Positions 32,570 to 43,870 of a DNA stretch of 64,000 nucleotides are shown here, piece by piece; within the stretch, counting starts at the first letter, position 1, and each line of letters starts with the position of its first letter. This DNA comes from a virus, in IMG/VR virus record IMGVR_UViG_3300042090_002000, positions 13,725-77,724 of that record. One strand, given 5' to 3'. The notes under the pieces are model-generated. The model had not been told where the DNA came from and searched no databases. It saw only the letters and a list, made by a program, of their open reading frames with translations. A program made the translations under genes and the position numbers.

Positions 32570-33148
32570 CTTTTTGTTCACAAGTATGGACTTCACTATA
32601 CCCGGAACGGATATGCTGGGACAGCCGCGTCATGGGTCGATCTATGACGAGACTGGGACTCCCGAATCTGGATACGGCGAATGCGGGCCGTACCATTGTG
32701 AAGATTGCGTTCACAAGCCCGCGCCGGATGAACCTTATTGTATCCACCCGCGCGTGGTTGACGATTTTTGTATGCAGGATAAGTTGGTTATGATCGGCGG
32801 ACGACCGGCTATCAAGATCAATCTGGAGCATGGGTGCTGCCGTTTCGTACGACCCCCTGCTGAGAAATGTGAGGATCACGAACATGGCAACAATTGAAGA
32901 TTCCATCGCGCAGTTGCAATCTGAAGTGGCGGATTTGAAAGCACAGGTTGCTGAACTTCAAAATCATCTAGGTGCGCAACAGATCGGACTCGAATCCGCG
33001 CAGAATACTCTTCACGATCATGCGCAGCAAATCGCCGCGATTGCCGCGACACCAGCAGCAAAGCCAATTAATATCGTGACGAAGCCTTTGGGAGAAGTTC
33101 CTTCCCGCAGTCCGCTACAACCACTGGCGAGGTAATGTCGTGGCCGAC

Positions 33149-33304
33149 ATGTCTAAAGCACAGGCGTTTCATGAAGTCTATGCAAAGACGCCAAAGACGG
33201 TCACGGCCACAGGCAAGACTGGTGAAGCGAGGCGGAAGATGATGATCGCTGTTGCGCTCAGCAAGGCGGGGCTCTCGAAGCCCGGGAAGAACCACAAGGG
33301 GTAA
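33149..33304 (+). CDS. Small basic protein (51 aa)
   Basis: Hand translation: MSKAQAFHEVYAK...IAVALSKAGLSKPGKNHKG. Confidence 0.6.
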   Translation: MSKAQAFHEVYAKTPKTVTATGKTGEARRKMMIAVALSKAGLSKPGKNHKG

Positions 33305-33309
33305 TTGAC

Positions 33310-34440
33310 ATGCGTACCCATATGCACACATTTTCGTCGGGTGGCGGCTCTGGAAGCGGCTCGTCCTCTTCGGTCATGTCCGAAGTTTCCGCGGCGTCTG
33401 TTGCGACTCGTGCGATTGGCACCGTTTATCAAAACACAACAGGCAAGCCTTTGCTTGTGAGCGTAGCCGCGCAAAATAGCGGCACCAATGGATGTATTAC
33501 CGCGAACACCGGCGCAACATCATCTCCCGCAACTCCAGTTGCGCAAATGTCGGGACAGCAAAACGGCGATGGTTTGACGAACTTGCAGTTTTTTGTACTC
33601 CTCGGAAATTATTACGAAGTGGTGGCGACAAACGGCACACAAACGCTTTTGATCTGGCGCGAATACGAACTTGCTTCTGGCACGTTCCTTGACAGCGGAG
33701 ATATCGTTGGGACTCGTGTTTCTGGCACGATCTATCAGAACACTGGTGCGACTACGTTGTTTGTGGTGGCCCAATCGAACACTCTATCGACAGGCGATGA
33801 GATTAATTGCGTGTGCGATGGGAATGCGTCTCCGACTACAGTCGTGGATCAGCAAGTTATTTCAACCTACGGTGCTTACGGCGGCCCGCTCGCGATTTAC
33901 TCCATGTTTCCTGTGCCTGCTGGGTATTATTACAAAGTTACGGTTACCACAAGTGGGTCGGGTGTTTTGGCACACTGGCATGAATACTCATGGGCTGTTC
34001 CTTGCTTGCAGTCTTTGAATTTACTTGGAGCTAATCCCGGGTCACTTCCAGCTACTGGCCAGCCCTATTCTGCGGGACCTTATGCCCCGACAGTTCCACG
34101 AACACTCTTCGGTCCGACTGGTATTTCTACCCCATCGTTGGAGTCGAACGGCACAACGACTCAATGGGAGAACGCTTTCGGACTTCAGTCATGGCAAAAT
34201 GGTTCAAAAATGACTTGGGTTGCAGTCATCAGTCAAGTGGCTGTTGGCGGCAACGCGGCTGCAATCTTGTCGGACAATGGAATCCCTGCGTATCGGCCTG
34301 TGACGCTGGTCGGGGCGGGAAACGGTCTCTCTAAAACGCTGCGCGCGCCGGTGCTGCCAAATCAGTTTTACACATACTGGGATTATTCATCATCCAACAA
34401 CATCACAGGAATCGCGTGGATTGAGTACACGCTGGGGTAA
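33310..34440 (+). CDS. Virion protein with tandem beta-rich repeats
   Basis: TR..GT(V/I)YQNT motif repeated, as seen in phage fiber/decoration domains. Confidence 0.55.
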   Translation: MRTHMHTFSSGGGSGSGSSSSVMSEVSAASVATRAIGTVYQNTTGKPLLVSVAAQNSGTNGCITANTGATSSPATPVAQMSGQQNGDGLTNLQFFVLLGNYYEVVATNGTQTLLIWREYELASGTFLDSGDIVGTRVSGTIYQNTGATTLFVVAQSNTLSTGDEINCVCDGNASPTTVVDQQVISTYGAYGGPLAIYSMFPVPAGYYYKVTVTTSGSGVLAHWHEYSWAVPCLQSLNLLGANPGSLPATGQPYSAGPYAPTVPRTLFGPTGISTPSLESNGTTTQWENAFGLQSWQNGSKMTWVAVISQVAVGGNAAAILSDNGIPAYRPVTLVGAGNGLSKTLRAPVLPNQFYTYWDYSSSNNITGIAWIEYTLG

Positions 34441-34444
34441 GCAT

Positions 34445-35746
34445 ATGGCACACGATATTCACGGTGCATTGGCGGGATTAAAGAAGCCCGGCCAAGGCCA
34501 CAAACCGAAGGGAGCCCACGGGCGCGCGGCAGTTCACGCGCTGGGGCGTACGAAGACCACGGGGAATTTTGCTAAGATCGAGAAGGCCAAAGGTAAGGGC
34601 GCGGCAATCGCGGCCTACCAAAACGCGCTAAAGGCGCACAAGGGGTAATACCATGCCGCAGTCCAATGATCCAGTTGCCAAGGCGCTGGCCGGAGCCAAG
34701 GCCACACTCGCACACGCGAACGCTACATTCCCAAGCTCAGGAGCCCCGAAAGCTGCAGCTACGCCTGCCCCAGCAGTGGCTCCAAAAAAGGCTTCGATGA
34801 GTATCGGCGAGCCCGAAAAAGGGACCGCGAACGAATTGAAATCGAAAGCTGAAATGGTCGGCAAAGCCAAGACTGCGCTGGGTGATGCTCCCAAGATGCA
34901 CAAGGGTGGCCCGGTAAAGAAAAGCGGAACCTACCAACTGCAGGCCGGGGAACACGTCCTCACCGCTCCTGAAGCCAAGACGGCCCGCAAACATGCGCTG
35001 ATGATGTCCGGTATGAAGTCGCTCGCCAAGGCCGCGAAGTAATCTTGCCCGCAAATTAAGACTTCGGTTTCCATAAGTAGGAGACTATTGGTCATGGCAA
35101 AAGATATGGGGAAGGCTCTCTCTGGGCTCTCGAAGCCCGGCAAGACAGCGTCCGCCAAGCGCGGTACCGCGACTATGACTATCGAGGCGATGCCTGCCAA
35201 ACCGAAGACTTTTACAGATACGAATCTGGATGGCCGGTCGGCTCCGGGCGCGGCTACTGGCGAACAAACCATCGCACCGAAGGCCAAACCGGGCGGATCG
35301 ATCAAACCGGAAATGAACGCGACACCGAAGATGGGCGCGGGGTTTAAGGCCGCATCTGCGATTACAAAAGCATAAGAGAGGAAATTCCCATGGTTGCCAA
35401 AGGATCACCCAAACCAGTTGTGACAGGCCGCAAAGGTAACGTCGGAGGGGTTTCTACCCCCGGGCGTCGCGGCGATCATAAAGCCGCGATGATGGCGGGT
35501 ATCAAGAATCTTGTTGCGCCGGGGCCGGGAACGGTCAAGACCGCGAAAATTTCGAACCTGTTGCGCAAAGACACGAACCCCAAAATTGATGCGGGAAATG
35601 TGAAACCTGCGACCGGCACTTCGAAGCCTGCCGCTGGATCACCAAAAGATTTATCGCGTGGCTCTGGCCATGCTGGCGTCCATATGGGCGTAGGGACCGA
35701 TCCTGCCACGAAACGGGATTCCGCGAGCGTCGCGAAGCCGAACTAA
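34445..35746 (+). other. Cluster of four small Lys/Ala/Pro/Gly-rich basic ORFs (34445-34648, 34653-35042, 35088-35375, 35390-35746)
   Basis: Low-complexity basic composition, tightly packed in the late region. Confidence 0.6.
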
Positions 35747-35768
35747 GATTTGAAGAGGGGATTTTACA

Positions 35769-36440
35769 ATGGGAACACCACGAACTCTTGGAGCCGTCAC
35801 GATCTCTTCCTCGCCGATCCCGGCGATGTTGGCGGCATCGGGTTACACAGGCACAGTTATTGCCGCAGCTTCGTTTACGATTACGAACGGAATTGCGACG
35901 ATTTTCTTGGGCAGCACTCTGCCGACTGATGGATACAACGGACCGAATGGATACCCCACTTCGAATCCGACCACACACTCTGCGTTTGATATTTATGGTG
36001 GCGTCAGCGGACACAACAACGCCGGAGGCAACAATCAAGGCGGTAATGCAGCGGGCGGCCAGCAAGTTTGTTTGTGGGGTTTTGCAACAGCCACATATTT
36101 TAACGGATGCACGATCATTGTTCTTGATTGCAACCCGGCAACGAAATCATTTCGGTTTTATTTCAATCACGCGAATGTCGCGAACACAGCGGACACCGGC
36201 AATACTGCGCCGACACCCAAGCAGTCGTACCGTGCTATTCGTATTGAGTGCAGCCAGACTATTGGCACCGACTTTATTTACGTCGGCGATCTGAACGTAT
36301 CCTCTTCGCGCTATATCGCGGCGCTGTCTTTGGCCGGTCAGATTGCGATTGAGATTTCGTCAGACAACTTGCGCGCAGATCGCATCATGCTCGCAAGCAC
36401 TAGTACGTCGGACACGGCGCAGGTTTCTGTGATCTATTAA
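35769..36440 (+). CDS. Putative virion structural protein
   Basis: Thr/Gly/Asn-rich beta protein in the late operon, with SD. Confidence 0.5.
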   Translation: MGTPRTLGAVTISSSPIPAMLAASGYTGTVIAAASFTITNGIATIFLGSTLPTDGYNGPNGYPTSNPTTHSAFDIYGGVSGHNNAGGNNQGGNAAGGQQVCLWGFATATYFNGCTIIVLDCNPATKSFRFYFNHANVANTADTGNTAPTPKQSYRAIRIECSQTIGTDFIYVGDLNVSSSRYIAALSLAGQIAIEISSDNLRADRIMLASTSTSDTAQVSVIY

Positions 36441-36635
36441 AGGTGACGGATGCCTCTGATACCGGAAATTGAATTTATTTTTCATCCACCAACGCCACCA
36501 CCGCCATCCTCGGGAAAAGTGGTTGTGGTGAAGTATGGAACGAATCGATTCACGCCCCGGGTTATGTCTCCGCAGACGGCGGAAATTGATACGGGACAGG
36601 ATAATGGAACGAAGTCGTAAATTGGAGACTTAATC

Positions 36636-38387
36636 ATGTCGAATAATTATGTGCAGGTCCCTCCCAACAGTACTGGAGTGAAGCTGCAGACTTTTGAAAA
36701 TACGATTGGTGGAAACGCTGTTGATGCTGAAGCTGTCTCTCTTGTAGACACTGCAGGTGCGTCGATACTTGGAACGGCGGGTTCTGCTAATGCAGATGTG
36801 CTAACAGTGCAGGGTATCACTGGAGCCACTGCTATTCCCATTACTGGAGCCAATGCTGCTGGAACTCAAGTCTCTCTCGCTACTCCGGTTTTAATAGCCG
36901 GAGGAGACGGTACAGATATTCGTACACTGTTGACCACCAGTAATGGTTCGCCCATTGTGGTAGGTGCGGGTAGCGCAGGAACTCCCAGTGGCGGTGTTAT
37001 CACTGTTCAAGGTGTTACGAGTGGAACAGCTTTAAATACACAGGGTTTGGGAACTGCTGGTACATCTACAGGTGGTGTGCTGTCAGTTCAAGGTGTTTCC
37101 GGCGGAACCGCTGTTCCAGTCTCTGGAACTATCAGCACGATCACAAATCCAGTGACTGTAGTTGGTGATGCCGCGAATGGTGCGGCTGTTGCGGGTAATC
37201 CGGTTCTTGTAGCTGGATCAGATGGAACTGACGCTCGTACTTTGGCAACTAATACATCCGGTCAAGCAGTTGTTGTGGGCGCTGGAACCGCAGGCTCTGC
37301 ATCCGGCGGTGTTCTAACTGTTCAGGGCAGCGCTTCAGGCACTGCTATTCCTGTCGCTAACACTCCGGCATCCGGTGCGATTTTTGAAGTCTCTCCGACC
37401 ACGGCTGCGAACACGACGACCAATCCGTTCTTTAATGCTGCGGGGACATTAGCTGAATCCACCGCAGCGTGGACGAGTGCGACGACTGTTAACACTGCGC
37501 TGCAAGTAAATACTGCAGGGTATACTACAATCGTTGTGACTTTGAGTCAGGGAACTACACTTACGGGCGGTGTAGTGACATTTGAAGCATCAGACACTAC
37601 GGCATTTACAAACGCATATCCTGTCACTGCTATACAACTCGGATTAACTTCTGCGACGCCTACTTTAACATATACACTAACAGCTTCTAGTAACGTATCT
37701 TTTGCTATACCTACAGCAGCCTGGGCAGCTGTAAGAGTTCGATTATCTACAGTCATTTCAGGCACAGGAACAGTTAATATCGGAATGACGGCATCAGCTG
37801 CTCAAGATGGTGCAATTGTACAGGTAATACCGCTTCTAGTAAACACGAAAGTTAGTTCAGGTACATCTGCTACTGCAATTGCTGATAACCTAGCTAATGT
37901 CGATATTTTTCAATCTTCTACAAATCAAATTTTCGGTCTATATGTTGCTGATTCTGTCTATGGCGGTGCATTCAGTGGTACGGCCAACACCGCGCTCCAA
38001 GGTTGGAGTAAAGAACGTACTCCGACAGTCTTCAAAACGGTTCAAGCAACTGCGTCAGGTAACACTGCTGTCTGGACTCCCGGTACAGGAAATAAGTTTC
38101 GTTTACTAAAGTTGTTTGTTGAAGTCACAGATAACGCATCATTGGCTTCCGGTGGAGTTCTGACGATCAACTTCCAAGATGCTACAACCTCAATTAACAT
38201 TTCGTTCGATGTCTTTGTTCCAAGTACTGCTGTTACTACAGTTATTGGAGATGGACTTGAACAAGAGTTAGATTTGGGTAAGTTCGGAATTCTATCGGCA
38301 GCCGCTAATAATGCCTTAAATGTTAACTTATCCTCTGCCCTAGCTACGGGAAATGTCCGAGTTATCGCAATGGGAACTGAGGAATAG
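36636..38387 (+). CDS. Virion fiber-like protein with internal repeats
   Basis: GAG(S/T)AG..SGGV(I/L)(T/S)VQG occurs about four times and PVL.AG.DGTD.RTL twice. Confidence 0.55.
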   Translation: MSNNYVQVPPNSTGVKLQTFENTIGGNAVDAEAVSLVDTAGASILGTAGSANADVLTVQGITGATAIPITGANAAGTQVSLATPVLIAGGDGTDIRTLLTTSNGSPIVVGAGSAGTPSGGVITVQGVTSGTALNTQGLGTAGTSTGGVLSVQGVSGGTAVPVSGTISTITNPVTVVGDAANGAAVAGNPVLVAGSDGTDARTLATNTSGQAVVVGAGTAGSASGGVLTVQGSASGTAIPVANTPASGAIFEVSPTTAANTTTNPFFNAAGTLAESTAAWTSATTVNTALQVNTAGYTTIVVTLSQGTTLTGGVVTFEASDTTAFTNAYPVTAIQLGLTSATPTLTYTLTASSNVSFAIPTAAWAAVRVRLSTVISGTGTVNIGMTASAAQDGAIVQVIPLLVNTKVSSGTSATAIADNLANVDIFQSSTNQIFGLYVADSVYGGAFSGTANTALQGWSKERTPTVFKTVQATASGNTAVWTPGTGNKFRLLKLFVEVTDNASLASGGVLTINFQDATTSINISFDVFVPSTAVTTVIGDGLEQELDLGKFGILSAAANNALNVNLSSALATGNVRVIAMGTEE

Positions 38388-38693
38388 TCATGGCTGCAAC
38401 ACACACGTATGATGTCACAACAGCCAGTTATGTTGGCGATGTATGCACTATTGTAGGAACGGTCGATACAATTCCGTCAACGGGGCCTATAGCTGTCACC
38501 GTTGTACTAAATTATTCAGCAGTTACGCAAGCATGGGCCATTAGCGTGGCAAACGTAGAGGCATTAGTCGGTCGGGCTATGCTGAACGCCGCAGTTGCGA
38601 ATGGGCTCCCGAATCCGAACCCACCGGCGACCGCGACGCAATTGCCGACAGGTTCATTCACGCTGTAGGGTAACAACATCGGGGAGCAGCCCC

Positions 38694-40643
38694 ATGGACA
38701 ATCCAGCAACATTCGATTTCGATTCAGACATACCGCTCATCAAAAAATACCGCGAGTCCGTAGACCTTACGAACTTCCCCAAATGCTTTCTACAGGTATT
38801 CAATGATAACTGGGATCAGAAGACCCGCGACCGTTGGTATGCGGATCGATTCAAGTGTCTGAAGTACCATCTCTATTTGGCCGGGTTCGCCGAAGAAACA
38901 AAAGACGGCGCTCCTGATCTTCCGCCGACGTACGTGCCGATCCTTGGCATGGACTTCCAGAAAAATCCTCATGAGCGTCTGTTCGCCCAGTATCTGCTGA
39001 AGCGACCCGGCGAGAACATTGTCTTGTCCGATCTCGATACGCTCACTAAGAAACGCATGATTCTGTGGCCTCGCGGTCTGTTCAAAACATCGTCGATCAT
39101 CGTCGAGATTGTGCAAGACATTCTCAACTATCCGAACATCCGTATTTGCTTTTTGACCGGCGGAGACAACTTAGCAAAGCGTCAACTCTCGCGCGTGCGC
39201 CGCGTGTTCGAACGCCCCACTAAGCGATTCAAACTATTGTTCCCTGAGTTCTGTTTGGTGAGCAGGCCGCTGAAAAAACGTGGAAAGAAAAAATCGGAAG
39301 ACGGTCTCGAAGATGTTGATGATATCGAGTACGATGATGTGACGCCGAAGTTTGGTACGGCGCACGAGTTCACTGTTCCGGCGCGGACAAACGACACTTT
39401 TGCTGAGCCGACGTTCGCGATTTCCACAGCGAAATCAGTTAAGGCCGGATCGCACTTTGACATGATCTTCATTGACGACCTTGTGAACGATCAAAACTAC
39501 CGCAGCGTCAAACTGCTGGAGAAGTGCTATCAGGACTATCTCGACATATGTCCGTTGCTGGAGCCCGCCGGATTCATGATCATCACCGGAACGCGGTATT
39601 CATTCGGCGACACGTACGAGCGGTTGCAGGAGATGGCCAAGCAGGAAGAGAAAGAGCGCGGGCGCACGATTTGGAAATTCTCTATTCGCGATTGCTGGAG
39701 CATGGGTTGCCAGAACTGCGTTCACACCGACGCGTATCATGATTACAGCATCAATGTGCTGGAGCCACCTTGCGTTGACCTGAATTGCAAGTGCCCGGGG
39801 TTTAAGGCGCGTGGAGATAAGGGCGTGCTGTTCCCGATGACCCGCACGCATGATGGACGTGAGATCGGGCACACTGTAGAATTCCTTGAGAATGCTCGAC
39901 TGCAGTTGGGCGCGGAGTTTTTCGCGAACCAATATGAGAACAAACCAATCGCGACAGGCACCCAGACGTTCACAGAGGCGTTGCTGGGGAGACAAACGCT
40001 GCACCATGATGAGCAGTTGCCCACTTTTCATCAGGCGCGAACCTACGTCATCGGTGATCTGGCGTACGTGGGGCAGGAAGGGCGCGACTACTCCGTCATT
40101 TTCATTGTCCGCGTGTTCCAAGGGCAGATTTTTGTGGTCGATTGTTTCTTCGGGAACTGGGATTCGAACGCGGTCGCCGAAAATACGTTCCGAATTTTAA
40201 TGAAACACCGCCCGGAGAAACTTTTTTACGAAAAATTCAATGGTTGGGAGGCATACAACAACGTCATCACGGCCTACTGCAAGGAAAAAGGGCTTGATTC
40301 TGTGCCGCTGGAGTGGCTGAAAGGCTCGCAAGCGAACAACGCGAAGCTGATTCGGATTGGGGCCGCGAAGGGACCGCTGCAGCAACGGCGGCTTTGGTTG
40401 TTTGCCCTCATGCCGGGGTACTCAATCCTGTCAAACCAGCTTATTAAGTGGCCAAAGTTGGGGCGACACGATGATTTTGCGGACTGTCTGGGCATGGTGG
40501 TGGCCGCGCCAACGGGATACGAACAACAAAACCCACCGCAGATAGAAAATCCTCTGCATTGGCTCAATAGGTTACACCAAGTCCAGCCCCTTGACGACTC
40601 CTACGGAGATTCTGGCTGCGGCACGGGCATCAATTGCGGGTAG
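38694..40643 (+). CDS. Terminase large subunit
   Basis: Walker A-like WPRGLFKTS, Walker B FDMIFIDD, coupling motif GTRY, nuclease acids GDLA...DYS and HDDFAD. Confidence 0.9.
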   Translation: MDNPATFDFDSDIPLIKKYRESVDLTNFPKCFLQVFNDNWDQKTRDRWYADRFKCLKYHLYLAGFAEETKDGAPDLPPTYVPILGMDFQKNPHERLFAQYLLKRPGENIVLSDLDTLTKKRMILWPRGLFKTSSIIVEIVQDILNYPNIRICFLTGGDNLAKRQLSRVRRVFERPTKRFKLLFPEFCLVSRPLKKRGKKKSEDGLEDVDDIEYDDVTPKFGTAHEFTVPARTNDTFAEPTFAISTAKSVKAGSHFDMIFIDDLVNDQNYRSVKLLEKCYQDYLDICPLLEPAGFMIITGTRYSFGDTYERLQEMAKQEEKERGRTIWKFSIRDCWSMGCQNCVHTDAYHDYSINVLEPPCVDLNCKCPGFKARGDKGVLFPMTRTHDGREIGHTVEFLENARLQLGAEFFANQYENKPIATGTQTFTEALLGRQTLHHDEQLPTFHQARTYVIGDLAYVGQEGRDYSVIFIVRVFQGQIFVVDCFFGNWDSNAVAENTFRILMKHRPEKLFYEKFNGWEAYNNVITAYCKEKGLDSVPLEWLKGSQANNAKLIRIGAAKGPLQQRRLWLFALMPGYSILSNQLIKWPKLGRHDDFADCLGMVVAAPTGYEQQNPPQIENPLHWLNRLHQVQPLDDSYGDSGCGTGINCG

Positions 40644-40696
40644 TCCAGTTTTAAGTTCAACTTTAAGACTTCTTTCATCATAAGTAGAGGTGTACG

Positions 40697-41215
40697 ATGG
40701 CGTCTTTTTACGCATATCTATGGCTCCGTGAAGATCGGACGCCTTACTATGCGGGCAAAGGATGCGGCAATCGTGCGTTTATCAAAGGAATTGGACACCG
40801 GCAGTACCCGCCGGAGGATCGTTCCCGTATTCTCATATTTCCGACTGTATCTGAGGCCGCCGCATTTGCATTAGAGCGCGCGCTGATTCGCTTTTTTGGT
40901 CGTAAAGATCGGTCTGCCGGATGTTTACGCAACGTCACGAACGGTGGTGAGGGGATTAGCGGTTACAAGCATCGCCCAGAAGCGCGCATGCGCATGGCGC
41001 AGTCCCGCATCGGCAATACATGCGGCGTCGGGTCGGTGCGATCCGACGAGTTTAAACAAAATCTTTCCGCGCTGCATCAAGGGCGCAAATGGTCGGCGGA
41101 CGCGATTGCAAAAAGAGTGGCTACACGCCGCGCAAGAGGCGGTTTTGCCTTATCCGCTGAATCACGAGCGAAGGAATCGCTTACGAAATTTCTGAAAACG
41201 GTTGCGTGGGGATAA
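40697..41215 (+). CDS. GIY-YIG-like/NUMOD3 homing endonuclease
   Basis: FYAYL...PYYAGKG...E..LI...LRNVTNGGEG.SGYKH. Confidence 0.75.
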   Translation: MASFYAYLWLREDRTPYYAGKGCGNRAFIKGIGHRQYPPEDRSRILIFPTVSEAAAFALERALIRFFGRKDRSAGCLRNVTNGGEGISGYKHRPEARMRMAQSRIGNTCGVGSVRSDEFKQNLSALHQGRKWSADAIAKRVATRRARGGFALSAESRAKESLTKFLKTVAWG

Positions 41216-41216
41216 T

Positions 41217-43451
41217 ATGGCTGACGGGAACAACTCCGATATCAAAAAAACCACCCATTTTGAAAACATGGGACAGATGTCAATTCAAGAACTCCCCGGA
41301 GCCGTGCCTTACGGAGAGACTGCACTTCCGATTGGACAAACAGAGGTCGCTTTTGAGGATCAAAGCCGGTCAGATTTAAGCCTTATGAAAGAGGCAAATC
41401 TGAACCGCGAGGAATCAGAGAGTTTCATCGCCACTCGCGGGTTGATCGGACGTTGGAACACTGCCGAATTGATGTTGCGGGCATGGGTGGAGCCGGTTAA
41501 GTGGAAGGGTAGCGAGCAGTTCCGATCTCATCTTGGAATTCCTCTCGTCGCGGAGCAATTTTACAGCATTCACAGCGTTGTGAACCAGACTTTGTTCGGG
41601 GGATACAAAATTTTTCAGGTCGACCCGACTTCTGGCACCGATATAAAGTGTGCCGAAGCGCAACAGGCGATTTTGAACGCACAGTTGAAGACGTGCGGTT
41701 ACAAAGGCGTGTCCGCGAAGACGGAATTCCGCGAGATCACATACGACGGACTTTTTTACGGCTTCGGTGTTGCCCATTACGGTTGGACGAAGATCAAAAA
41801 GACCACGATTAAGCGCGTGCAGAAGATGCACATGCAGACAATCTCTGTTAACGGAAATTTGGTGCAGATTCCGGTCGCTGAAGACGAAGATGATATCGAG
41901 GAAGTGCCCCACATCGTTGAAATCAATCAACCGAAACTCGAACATGTGCCGATTCGCCGCGCGCGTTACGCGCCGGACCTTCGCCGGGCTGATCCGCGCG
42001 TTGCGGAGTGGTTCGGACGCATAATTTATTGCACTGGATACGATCTCGATGCGTTGCGGAACACCGCTGGATGGAAAATTCCGTCACGCGAGGATTTGGT
42101 GAAGATCACCACGCCGCAAATGCAGTCACAGTCGGCGACGAACCCACTGGAGACGATGGGATCGAACACAGGCAACCCAATTTTTCAGCAAACTACTACG
42201 CCGCAGAAGGCGTATCCTGAAAATTACACTGAACGCACACAGCACGATCCGCTGGGCCGCAAATTCGAACTATTCGATTACTGGACCGGCTTCAGGCATG
42301 TGATCGTGCTCAATAAAGAATACCCGATTCTGAACGAGACGCACAAATTCGGGCGTCCGCCGTTTTTGGGCTTCGCTTTTCGCAGCGCGCCCGACTCCGC
42401 GCATGGTTACGGCATCGCATACTGGCTGACAGACTTCCAGCGCGTGTGCCAAGGCATCATCAACGCTTATTTCGACGATTTGAACTTGAATTTGATGGGG
42501 ACTTACACATCACCCGCTGGGACAAACAACACGGCGCAGGCGCAGTGGATTTTCCCGGGAAAAGTCTTCAAAAACGACGGCGCGAACAAGGTCGAAGCCC
42601 TTACCCGCAATTCGATTGATGCGAAAGAGCCGTTGACGATCATCGGGCAGATAAAAGCATGGGCTTCCATGATCAGTGGCGCAGGCCCGGGCACTTTGGG
42701 CTCGAATCCCGGCGCGGCTGGGGATATGCGCACTCCCGGTGGCGTCGAAGCGATTACCGGTGGCGAAAACACCAAGCTATCTGATTTGATCGACGTAATT
42801 TCGGAACAAGTGTTCGTTCCGTTCCTCGAATTCTGCATCGACGAGAATCAGAAGCTGAAGCCGTCGCAAATTCGCTCGATGCTTTCCGAAGCGTTGGGAG
42901 ATGCGTTCAAAGCGACGCCGCTGGACATCATCAACGGCCAATACAAGGTGGATATTTCCGCCGGAGCGAAACTCGCGGCGCGCGAAAACATCAACAAGTT
43001 GCTGATGCTGCTGTCGTCTATTTTGCAGTCACCCAATACCGTGGAAGCCCTCGCGGTGCAGGCCATGAAGATTGATTTCAACGCGATGTACTCCGCGATG
43101 TGCGATTCGTTCAACATTCCGTACCGCGAACAAATTTTCGTGGCACAGAACGACGAAGATAAGGCTCGCGCAGCGGCGGAGACACAACAGGCCGCAATGC
43201 AGGGCAAGGCCGGGATCGTGCAATTGCAGGGTCAAGTGAAAAAGGATATCGACAACAACCAGTCTGAAAATCGTATGCTATTGGAGACTGGCAAACATAC
43301 GTTGAAAGAGCAGGGCAAGGGATCGGACCAGCAAAACGATTTGGAACTGCAGCGCGAGAAGGCCGCAGCCCAAACGCCGGTGGCGCAGGGATTGGACCGC
43401 GCGACCAAAGGTGAGTTTGCCTCCCTTGACAAGACGGCGTTCGGACAATAA
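41217..43451 (+). CDS. Portal protein
   Basis: About 745 aa between TerL and scaffold/capsid. YGFGVAH, FELFDYW, PFLGF and HGYGI motifs, with a Gln-rich C-terminal helix. Confidence 0.8.
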   Translation: MADGNNSDIKKTTHFENMGQMSIQELPGAVPYGETALPIGQTEVAFEDQSRSDLSLMKEANLNREESESFIATRGLIGRWNTAELMLRAWVEPVKWKGSEQFRSHLGIPLVAEQFYSIHSVVNQTLFGGYKIFQVDPTSGTDIKCAEAQQAILNAQLKTCGYKGVSAKTEFREITYDGLFYGFGVAHYGWTKIKKTTIKRVQKMHMQTISVNGNLVQIPVAEDEDDIEEVPHIVEINQPKLEHVPIRRARYAPDLRRADPRVAEWFGRIIYCTGYDLDALRNTAGWKIPSREDLVKITTPQMQSQSATNPLETMGSNTGNPIFQQTTTPQKAYPENYTERTQHDPLGRKFELFDYWTGFRHVIVLNKEYPILNETHKFGRPPFLGFAFRSAPDSAHGYGIAYWLTDFQRVCQGIINAYFDDLNLNLMGTYTSPAGTNNTAQAQWIFPGKVFKNDGANKVEALTRNSIDAKEPLTIIGQIKAWASMISGAGPGTLGSNPGAAGDMRTPGGVEAITGGENTKLSDLIDVISEQVFVPFLEFCIDENQKLKPSQIRSMLSEALGDAFKATPLDIINGQYKVDISAGAKLAARENINKLLMLLSSILQSPNTVEALAVQAMKIDFNAMYSAMCDSFNIPYREQIFVAQNDEDKARAAAETQQAAMQGKAGIVQLQGQVKKDIDNNQSENRMLLETGKHTLKEQGKGSDQQNDLELQREKAAAQTPVAQGLDRATKGEFASLDKTAFGQ

Positions 43452-43475
43452 GAAAAAGTAGGGTAATTTTTCTTA

Positions 43476-43868
43476 GTGGAGGGAGCAATGAGCAGTCGAG
43501 CGGCGTATGACCATGCCAAATATATTCTCAGAAAAGCCATGCCCGGATATAAGGAACAGCGCGCGGCTGCGTTTGCGCGTTGGGCCGCAAAAGGTGGTCG
43601 AGCCCAAATAAAAATCGAAGTTCTCTCGCACTACGGCCCAGACGGGAAACTGCAGTGCTGTTGGCCGGGCTGCGAAGTCGCCGACATCGACATGCTATCT
43701 CTCGATCATGTCCGCAACGATGGCGCGAAAGACAGAAACACGCATCGCGGAGCCGGAGGAGTTGTGCTTTATCAACGACTGCTTCGTGCAGGTTTCCCTG
43801 ACGGATTTCAGACGTTGTGTCATAATCATCAATGGAAGAAAGAATTGATGCGGCGTAGAGGAGAATAA
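43476..43868 (+). CDS. HNH-like nuclease
   Basis: LSHYG...CCWPGC...LSLDHV.NDG...GFQTLCHNH. Confidence 0.7.
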   Translation: MEGAMSSRAAYDHAKYILRKAMPGYKEQRAAAFARWAAKGGRAQIKIEVLSHYGPDGKLQCCWPGCEVADIDMLSLDHVRNDGAKDRNTHRGAGGVVLYQRLLRAGFPDGFQTLCHNHQWKKELMRRRGE

Positions 43869-43870
43869 GT

